A DNA stretch of 64,000 nt, from the NCBI RefSeq assembly GCF_006345805.1, contig NC_043018.1, forward strand, positions 9,734,001 to 9,798,000. The letters are read 5' to 3'. Origin of the DNA: Octopus sinensis. Taxonomy: Eukaryota. Positions within the stretch are counted from its first letter, which is position 1. Every line of letters starts with the position of its first letter. Positions 52,254 through 62,724 of the stretch are shown here, one piece after another. Below the pieces are notes generated by a model. That model was not told where the DNA came from and did no database searches. It saw only the letters and a program-made list of their open reading frames with translations. The position numbers were made by a program, and so were the translations under genes.

Positions 52254-55200
52254 AGAGTTGTGTGAATGTTTATATTCTGTGTGCTTCACTTGAAAAACTG
52301 TTGAGCAACAAAAGTGAAATTTGAGTGATTCCTGTCAACAAATTTTCCTTTGGCCTTCTCAAGACGTATAGAATGAGGGACCACTTACAGATCAGAGTTA
52401 GTGACAGGAAGAGCATCCAGCTGTAATGCAATGCTGAATTATGTACATTTGTCTAACCCCTGCTCTTGTGGGAAATTGGACATAAAAACACGAGACTAAA
52501 TTTTTCTCTTTCTGATCAACATCACTTCAAGTTGTTACTCAGATATTCAAACAGTTTTAGCGGTCACCAGGAGGAAGATCGAATTTCTTATCCTATGTTT
52601 TACCTGTAATCTTGAAACTGTTCTGAGTGGTCAAGAAAATGAATAAAGGATCGTGATTTTGGCCAAAAGGCCAGCAATTTTGAGGGAAAGCAGAACAATT
52701 GAAAGCAGTGATTTCCAACGTGGGGCATACATCCCCACCAGTGGGGCCTGGGAAAATTGTGGTGTGGCATTGTGCCATAGTCACCAAGCACAAGGATCTC
52801 ACCAAAGTGATTCATTTGGTCAATAATGTACTTTTTTTTGTACTCTGTACTTGACAGAAGAGTTACTGGGTTGATTCTTTTGTATTAAATAATTGTGATA
52901 AAATATTAAAAATTGTTTTATTCTCAACCACCGATGGGGCATAGATTTTTCTGGAAAGTTATAGTGGGGCCTGGGTAGGGAAATAGGTTGGGAGACACTG
53001 GTTGGTAGTGTTAACTCCAGTACATGACAGGTACTTTGTTTTACCAAGTCTGAAAGCATGAAACTTAAAGTCGATCTTGGTGGGATTTGAACTCAGAATG
53101 TAAAGAGCTGGAAGAAACATTGTTAGCATTTTCAGCCATGCAAGCAATTTTGCTAGTTCACTACCTCCACCCTTTGCCTATCCAAAGCATTTTCTTAAGT
53201 TTGTCGTAAACATCCATACTGCTTTACAGATTTTTAGTTAGCTCTTGTTTTGTATGTTCTGATGTATATAAAATTTCCCTTTCACAAGTCCCCAGTTGCG
53301 TTGGTATCGAAGGAGGTGACTTTGCTCCCATCACATGATAGAAAGTCACCGCCCCACCAATATCACCCCTTCTCTCATTTGAGGGATCTTTGTCTTGTAA
53401 ATTACTTGGTGACCTCACTGATGCTGGTGCCACATAAAATGCACCCAGTACACTCTGTAAAGTGGTTGGTATTAGGAAGGGCATCCAGCCATAGAAACGA
53501 CACAGTCTTCTGGGTTGCCAACTCCTAAGTGTCTGACCCATGCCAGCCTAGAAAATGGATGTAAATGCTGATGAGGATAGTAATATCAATGGTAATAATA
53601 ACAGTAATAATAATAATGGTTTCAAATTTTGCCACAAAGACAGCCATTTTGGGGGAGGGGACCAGTTGATTACATTGACCCCAGTGTTTTACTGGTACTT
53701 GATTTATCGACCCTGAAAGGATGAAAGGCAAAGCCAACCTCGACAGAATTTGAACTCAGAATATAGTGGCAGACAAACTATCATTAAGCATCTCCCCTGG
53801 TGTGCTAATGATTCTGCCAGCTCACTACCTTAATAATGATATTGATGATGATGATGATAATAATAATAATAATAATTTCTGCTATAGGCACAAGGCCTGA
53901 AATTTGGGGGAGGGGACTAGGCTACTACATTTACCTCAGTACTCAATTGGTACTTAATTTATCAACCCTGAAAGGATGAAAGGCGAAGTTGACCTTGGCG
54001 GAATTCGAACTCAGAACATAGTGACAGGTGAAATATCGCTAAGCATTTCATCCAGCATGCTAATGATTCTGCCAGCTTGCTACCTTCTTAATAATAATAA
54101 TAATAATGATAATAATAATGATGATGATGATGATTATGGCATTGATGATGATGGTAATTTGTGTTTCAGGCTTTGACCGAAATTGAAAGTATGTTGAAAT
54201 ACATGGATAAAGCTGAGAATGAGATCAATACAGCTGAGTCTGTGAGTTCTGATCCTGACACACTCACTGTTCAACTGAGGGACCACCAGGTAAGATAAAT
54301 AATAATGGTTTTGAATTTTGGCATGAGGCCAGCAGTTTTGGGGGTTGGGGTTAAGTCAATTACACTGACCCTAATGCTAAACTGGTACTTTTTTTATTGT
54401 TCGAATCTCAGACCGGACGTTGTGTGTGTTTATGAGTGAAACACCTAAGCTCCACATGGCTCTGGCAGAAGGTAATGGAAAACTTCTGCTGACTCTTTCG
54501 CCACAACTTTCTCTCACTCTTTCCTCCTGCATCTTGCAGCTCACCTGCAATGGACCGACGTCCTGTCCAGGTGGGGAACCTATACGTCAAGAAACTGGGA
54601 AACCAGCACTTATGAGCCAGGCATGGCTTGAGAAGGAACAAACAACAAACAAAACTTTTTTCTATTGACCCTGAAAGGGATGAAAAGCAAAGTTGACTTT
54701 GGCAGAATTGGAACTTGCAGCGTAATGAGGGATGAAATATTGTTAAGGATTTTGCCCGGCATGCTAACGATTCTGCCAGGTTGATACTTTAACAACAACA
54801 ACAATAATCCTTTTTATTATAGGTACAAGGCTTGAAATTTGGGGGAGGGGACTAGGCTACTACATTTACCTCAGTACTCAATTGGTACTTAATTTATCAA
54901 CCTGAAAGGATGAAAGGCGAAGTTGACCTTGGCGGAATTCGAACTCAGAACATAGTGACAGGTGAAATATCGCTAAGCATTTCATCCAGCATGCTAATGA
55001 TTCTGCCAGCTTGCTACCTTCTTAATAATAATAATAATAATGATAATAATAATGATGATGATGATGATTATGGCATTGATGATGATGGTAATTTGTGTTT
55101 CAGGCTTTGACCGAAATTGAAAGTATGTTGAAATACATGGATAAAGCTGAGAATGAGATCAATACAGCTGAGTCTGTGAGTTCTGATCCTGACACACTCA

Positions 55201-58200
55201 CTGTTCAACTGAGGGACCACCAGGTAAGATAAATAATAATGGTTTTGAATTTTGGCATGAGGCCAGCAGTTTTGGGGGTTGGGGTTAAGTCAATTACACT
55301 GACCCTAATGCTAAACTGGTACTTTTTTTATTGTTCGAATCTCAGACCGGACGTTGTGTGTGTTTATGAGTGAAACACCTAAGCTCCACATGGCTCTGGC
55401 AGAAGGTAATGGAAAACTTCTGCTGACTCTTTCGCCACAACTTTCTCTCACTCTTTCCTCCTGCATCTTGCAGCTCACCTGCAACGGACCGACGTCCTGT
55501 CCAGGTGGGGAACCTATACGTCAAGAAACTGGGAAACCAGCACTTATGAGCCAGGCATGGCTTGAGAAGGAACAAACAACAAACAAAACTTTTTTCTATT
55601 GACCCTGAAAGGGATGAAAAGCAAAGTTGACTTTGGCAGAATTGGAACTTGCAGCGTAATGAGGGATGAAATATTGTTAAGGATTTTGCCCGGCATGCTA
55701 ACGATTCTGCCAGGTTGATACTTTAACAACAACAACAATAATCCTTTTTATTATAGGTACAAGGCTTGAAATTTGGGGGAGGGGACTGGTTGATTACATT
55801 TACCCCAGTGTATTACTGGTTCTTAATTTATCAACTCTGAAAGGATAAAAAGCAAAGTCAACCTCGGCAGAATTTGAACTCAGAACGTAAAGACAGATGA
55901 AATGCTGCTAAGCATTTTACCTGGTGTGCTAACCATTCTTGCTAGCTTGCTGCCTTAACAACGATAACAATAATAATAATAATAATAATATTAGGAAGTA
56001 CTGTTGGGATTTCTTAGGTATTGTTACCTAATTCTGTTGGATTTGTTTGGGGAAGGCATGAATGGCATTACCTCACAGTTTACTTAATAAATATTGGTAA
56101 ATATGGGAAAAGTGTGACAGCTGTAACGTTGCATGAGGGACGGCTGTAACAGCCCATGAGGAATGGCTGTAACGTCACGCGAGGGACGTCCGTAAATTAT
56201 ACAACAACCATGCATTAACTCAAGTGTTTCTTATAAGACTAATCTTCAGTAGAACCAAAAATACCAACTGGACATTGACCTGATAAAATTCCTCTGTTGG
56301 TCAATTCCATTGGCTTCTGGCCATTAATGAGGTGGTGATGGTAAAAGTGCTAAGAACTACATTAACCCTTTTGGGATTTAAACTCCTTACTAAAAGACCC
56401 ACCCGTATCATGGCCTGTTCTACTTACCCTACACTGATCAATCAGTCAACAAGATCATTATCATGTTGATTATTTTCCAAAGGGGTTGATTGAACATTTT
56501 TGGAACCGGTTTCTGCTATCGAGAATAGTTATTGAAACATTTCATGATTTCTAGGAGTCAGAACAATGGATTAAAATTTCATTTTGCATAAATCTATGGT
56601 CTTTTGGTACAACAGAAAGAACAAAGGAAATTCTTCTTCATTCAGGTTACCAAAAACTTTGCGTTTTTGCCCATCTATAAAATGCGCTCTTGCATAGGAT
56701 GCACTCTCACTTAAGATGTATTCTTGCCTAAGACATTCCGCCCCCCCCTATTTTACATGTATATATTTTGTGGAAAAATTTAGTGTTCCGTAATGCACAC
56801 ATTGAAAAATATATTATCCTGTGCATGTAAATGCAATGCGGTGACAGTGTAATGGAATAAAGTATGAAACCACAAATTTATCATAAATGAACTGTCATGG
56901 ACTTCTGCGTCTCAAATTTATCTTGTTTCAGATCAACAGTATGCTTGTTTATGTTTTGGTCAAGAGAATTGCGATACAGCCCATGTTTTTAGCTGTGACA
57001 TTTTGTGTTACTATGATCAGCTGCCAGGATGGCCTGTCACTGCTATGGGTTTTGTCATCATCCACTCATTACAAACAGCTGGCAAGCAGATGGAGTTTAA
57101 CATTCCTTTCTTATTCTTAGGAGAATTTTCATTTAGATAATTTTAAAAAAGTGCTTCTTAAAGGTAATACAGCATTAAATAATGTAAGACACATATCAGG
57201 TGTGGGCTATTTATGCCAGGGAAGGAGATACAACATAATGTGACCTCAACATATCATCAGTAATTTCTTGTAGATTTGTGCTAACAGACTGAGATTTTGG
57301 CTGGTTTTCAATATTTCATTATTAGTAACAATTATTGTACCCAGAAAACTTATGCTCAATCGGTTCCATAGCCTGTGACATTTAGTCTCTTAGCTCTATT
57401 ACTGTGACATTAGATGCAGGGCAGTTTTTTTTTTACAAAAGCACATTTTATATGTTGGCAGATATGGTAATTGGTTAAGATTGTAAAACTGTTCCTTAAA
57501 GGTAATTACAGTCATTAGATAATTAATGTAAGACGCATATCAGGTGTGGGAAGGAAATATGACATAATGTGGCCTTAATATAGCTGCCAACGTACCATAA
57601 GCAAGAAAAGTAAAGAGAACATTTTATTTTATTTGCAGGTGTTCCATGACGATCTTAACATGAAGAGAAACTGTGTGAAAGACATAATCAACAAATGTAA
57701 TCTCATGTTGCGAGAGACGACCAACACGCAAACGGAAGCAATTAAATCCCGGCTGGACAGCATCCAGACCCAAGCAGATATTGTTTGTCAGCTTAGTTTG
57801 GATCGTTTGCAACACCTGGAAAGTGCCTTGCCCCTAGCGTCCCATTTTAGCGAGAACCAGGCGGAAATATCTGCTTGGCTTGAAGAAATGGAAGCAGAGC
57901 TTAAAACTCAAAACACATCTGGTGAAAACTTGGATCAAGTGAAAAAGCAGCTGGATAATTTGAAGGTAAGAATGGATAATTACAGGTATGAATGGCTAAT
58001 CTAAAAATGAGAATGGCTAAATTAAAAGTAAGAATAATTAATTAATGGTGAGAATGAAGAATTGTGGAGGTGATAATTTAAGAGTATGAACATCACTTAG
58101 GTTGACGAGGGAAGGATGACCTCCCTTCGCAAATACCATAAGGGCACAGAAAGTGTGCCTAAAGCCAGCTGGAGACGATCTCCTAGGGCTAAAAGCTACA

Positions 58201-58859
58201 GTAACACCCACCCTTAGTGGTTAGCCATATTGAGATGGCTAGTATACCGAACAAATAATTGTTTTCTTATTTTAGTACGAGGCCATCAATTATGAGGGGC
58301 TGGGAAATCAATTACATTGACCCCATTGCTTAACTGGTATTTATTTTATTGACCCCAAAAATGATTAAACTCAACCTCAACAGAATTTGAACTCAGAATG
58401 TAAAGAAGGACAAAATGCTGCTAAACATTTTGCCCAGAGCGGTAATCATTCTGACAGTTCACTGCTTTAAATAGATTTAAAATTATGGATTTCAAATTTT
58501 GGCACCAGGCCAGCAATTCTGGGGGAGGGGATAAATTGATTACATCAACCCCAGTGTTCAACTGGTACTTATTTTATCGATCCTGAAGGGAAGAAAATCA
58601 AAGTCGACTATGGCAAGATTTGAACTCAGACCTTGAAGACGGATGACCTTACCCAGTGTGTTAATGATTTTGTCTGTTTGTCACTTAAATAATTTTATAA
58701 TTATGAGCAATACATTTATATATTATTTTATTTTATTTGTTTCACTCATTTGACTGCAGCCATGCTAGAGCACTGCCGAATTATTGGTCTCTATTGTCGA
58801 GTTACGGGCGACATAAACACACCAACATCAGTTGTGAAGCAATGGTGGGGGGACAAACG

Positions 58860-58908
<49 letters not shown>

Positions 58909-61900
58909 CATAAACAACGGGTTTCTTTCAGTTTCCGTTTACCAAATCCACTCTCAAGGCTTTGGTCAGCCCAAGGCTATAGTAGAAGACACTTGTCCAA
59001 GGTGCTACACGGTGGGACTGAACCCAGAACCATGTGGTTGGGAAGCAAACTTATTATATATACATATATTTTTTTTTTCACATGCACAGGAGTGGCTGTG
59101 TGGTAAGTAGCTTGCATACCAACCACTTGGTACCAGGTTCAGTCCCACTGCGTGGCACCTTGGGCAAGTGTCTTCTACTATAGCCTCGGGCCGACCAAAG
59201 CCTTGTAAGTGGATTTGGTAGATAGAAACTGAAAGAAGCCTTTCATATATGTGTGTGTGTATGTTAGTATTTGTCCATCCCACCATTGCTTGATAACTGA
59301 TGCTGGTGTGTTTACATCCCCATAACTTAGTGGTTCGGTAAAAGAGACCGACAGAATAAGTACTAGGCTTACAAAGAATAAGTCCCAGGGTCGATTTATT
59401 CAACTAAAGGCAGTGCTCCAGCATAGCCACAGTCAAATGACTGAAACAAATAAAAGAATACACACACGTATGTACACAAGGATATCCAGTCGACTGGGAG
59501 TTCCAGTTTTGCTAGTTGGCTTACTTCACCACCTGAACAAGTCTTCAGGTAAAACTTGAATTTCCAGTCACCTTGATATTCTCAATAAATTTGGGTCTTC
59601 TCTCAGTAGAATCAAACCATAAATAAATGCTTGTTATTTTTTAAAACTGCTTTAAAGATAAACATGCATATATGTACATATATAATAGGTAGATAGATAT
59701 TCATTTGTGTTCGTGCCATGAAAAGAGCAGTTGGTACACTTTGTAGAATTGAGCCGGGACAATGCTGGTCTGCTGTGGACAAGACAACTTCTTTAGTGCT
59801 GATGCCACATAAAAAAGAAAAAAGGCTACTGTACACTCTGTAAAGTGGTTGGCATTAGGAAGGGCATCCAGCCATAGAAACCCTAACAAAACTGAAACAT
59901 TGGAGCACGGTATGGTTCTCTGACTTGTCAGATTCTGCCAAATTGTTCAACTCGGGATAGTATGGAAAACAGAGATAAAATCATGATGGTGATGATGATG
60001 ATCACATCTCAGACATTTAACCAGCTTCAGTTAATATAGTTCTTCTGCCTAATTCCAAAGTTGACATCAGCTCCACCCAGTACCCCACACTCCACACTTC
60101 TTGGACCTATTTCTACTCTAAATCTGGCAATATTCCTTGATTTATTTCCTATTTTTTAAAATTTTCATTTTATTTTTTATTTTTACATCTGTTAATTATA
60201 ATCGAACTTTGAATATTCTTCAGAACTTCTTTTGTTCTTTTAATTCCATGTTCTTCTTCATCTCTTAGGTTACTCAGAAGATCATTGAGGATCACAAGCC
60301 ATTTGTTGAAGACTTGAAGGATACAGGCATGGAACTAATGGAATTCTGTGGAGACGATGATTCTGATGACCTCCAAAATAAGTTGCTAAGCATTATTACA
60401 AAATACGACAATTTGAAGTTACAAGCTCGACAAAAAGCCCAGAAACTTATGGAACAACGAAAAGCCATGACACAAGAGGTAAGCAGGGCACCAGTGTCAT
60501 AATTAACAGTCATTACCATAATCAAGAGTGTCGTTTCCATGGTTAAAGGTGCCACTGCCATAATTAAACCATTTCAATTAATCAACATTGCATTGCTGGT
60601 TTTTGTTTTTGTTGTAAATCTTTTATTTAATTTCTCATTGTGAAAGAAATAGCTTTCAGTTGTATTTGGAATTTTATTGAGTCTAAAATGGGGTGTGGTT
60701 GTGAACTGGGTGCTGAGTAGAGACCCTGGTATATTAAATGTATTGAATCATGCATAGTGCCACCCTCTCCTGAATAGAGATGGAGGAAGTATTCTGTGAT
60801 TTACGCACAAGAGACTCCCTTGTCACTTTGACAACCGAGGGTTTAGGAAGACAACTGCATGACATCCGTAGTTCAGTGTTTTGTTGTTGTCCGCTGCACT
60901 TACAAAGAAACTGTGATAATGTTGGTGTGGTGGTTTCCTGATCATCCTCCATGATGACAATCCTTATGATGGTGGCCATGGTTTGTGCAGTGCCAGTGCC
61001 ACTCTCTTGGCATTCAAACTTGCAATGGTTTGGTGCAACAAGTGCAGAAAGCCTAACAGTGGCCAGGAGGCAGGATTTATATGGTGATATCTTCTCTTGG
61101 ATAAGCAGCTAAAGAGCTGAAGGGCCTCATCTGCCTTGGGTCCACTGGTGTGTCTAATTGAACCATAGCTGTGACTCTCACAGGTGCCACTGTTTTGGGT
61201 CTGGGTAGACTTGGGAGAAATAGTCACTAAGAGATGATTCCACACTCTTCAAAATCCCAGAACTCTTAATCTAGGGCTCTACTACCAGATGCAGTTTAAA
61301 ATCGAACACACAACAAGCTGCAATATGAAAGAACCTAATTAACTAATTGACAGTGAGAACATATTTCTAAGGTATTATTTTTTAGCCCTGGGTCGGATCT
61401 TATTATGAAGACTTATGATCAGAGAAGTTCCAATAATGAACATCCTGTTTTCTTTTTTTTAGGGGTATCTAGACTGCTTTCTTACATGTTCTCCTTTCTG
61501 CTAATTTTATTAACAATACATAATTTGACCCAAGCCATTAATAGAAGTCACTTACCCAAAGTGCTCCACAGTGAATTGAACCTGGGACCTTCATCATTTA
61601 GTGTCTGTTTTCCATACAGGCATGGCTTTAGACAGTTTGACTAGAACTGGTAAGCTGGAGAGCTGCCCCAGTTCCAGTCTGATTTCATTTGGTTTATATG
61701 GCTGGATACCCTCAAAACAAACGCCTTCACAAAATTGCCATCACACACCTGACCCCACTTCACTCACTTTAATGTTCCTACATTTAATTATACTTTCACA
61801 TCATTAGTATTAACTCTCAGGTGTTGCGATACTTGCAAACATGGTTGTGTGGTAAGGAGTTTGCTTCCCAATTCTATGATTTCAAGTTTGGTCCCACTGC

Positions 61901-62693
61901 ATGGCACCATGGGCAAGTAGCTTCTACAATAGCCCTGGGCTGACCAAAACCTTGTGAGTGCATTTGATAGACAAAAACTGAAACAAGCCCATTGTTTACT
62001 TATATAATGTTTGTGTGTGTTACAAATGTTGTGATATCTGCCTTGGTGTCCTACAATATCCTTATTTTATTGTATGTATTATATATGTTGATATCCTCAA
62101 TTCATGATTATATTTAGTTATCAAATGGCAGAATGTTATACACATACACAAGCACACATATATGCATGCATTTATATATATATATACACACACACACAAA
62201 ATTTAGAGGATTGACCACTAAAAGTGGACAGCCTGTATACTAGAAATAGATGTCAAAATTGCCATTTTCCAAGGAGAATGTGTTCTCAAGAAAAAATTCA
62301 GCAAAAAACCAAAGCGTAAAAATAAGACAAATGAAAATATACAAAGTATTTTTATATTTTTCTTTCTTTTCTTTTTAGGTTTCTGATACTCTCGAAAACC
62401 TTCTTGAAGATTTAGCTGAAATGGACCAGACCATCAATAATGTTGACCCAATTCCAGCAACTCCAGACAAATTATATGAAGAAATCGAAGACAATAAAGT
62501 AAGTTATTATTATTGTTTTATTTGTGAAACATAACATTTTAAGTGGTTTTGTATTAAATTCATTATGAAATGTCATTAGCTTTACAGCAGTGCCCCAGCA
62601 TGGCCACAACTCACAGGCCAAAGTTAGTAAAACCATACAAGGCTGGTACTGGACTCTTGAAAATATATTTCCTTGTGAGGTTTTTTTGTATAT

Positions 62694-62724
<31 letters not shown>

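Larger units (their letters stand above)
53899..55787 (+). repeat. Near-perfect tandem duplication, 934/935-bp period, containing an exon
   Basis: Identical ORF pairs in the track are offset by 934. Differences seen: a 1-nt C indel near 54901 and T54551 vs C55485. Confidence 0.95.

Noticed and set aside
57155-57580. Short diverged direct repeats (also 32840-33200 and 8850-9000)
   Set aside because: Small old local duplications with no coding, TSD or structural signal.
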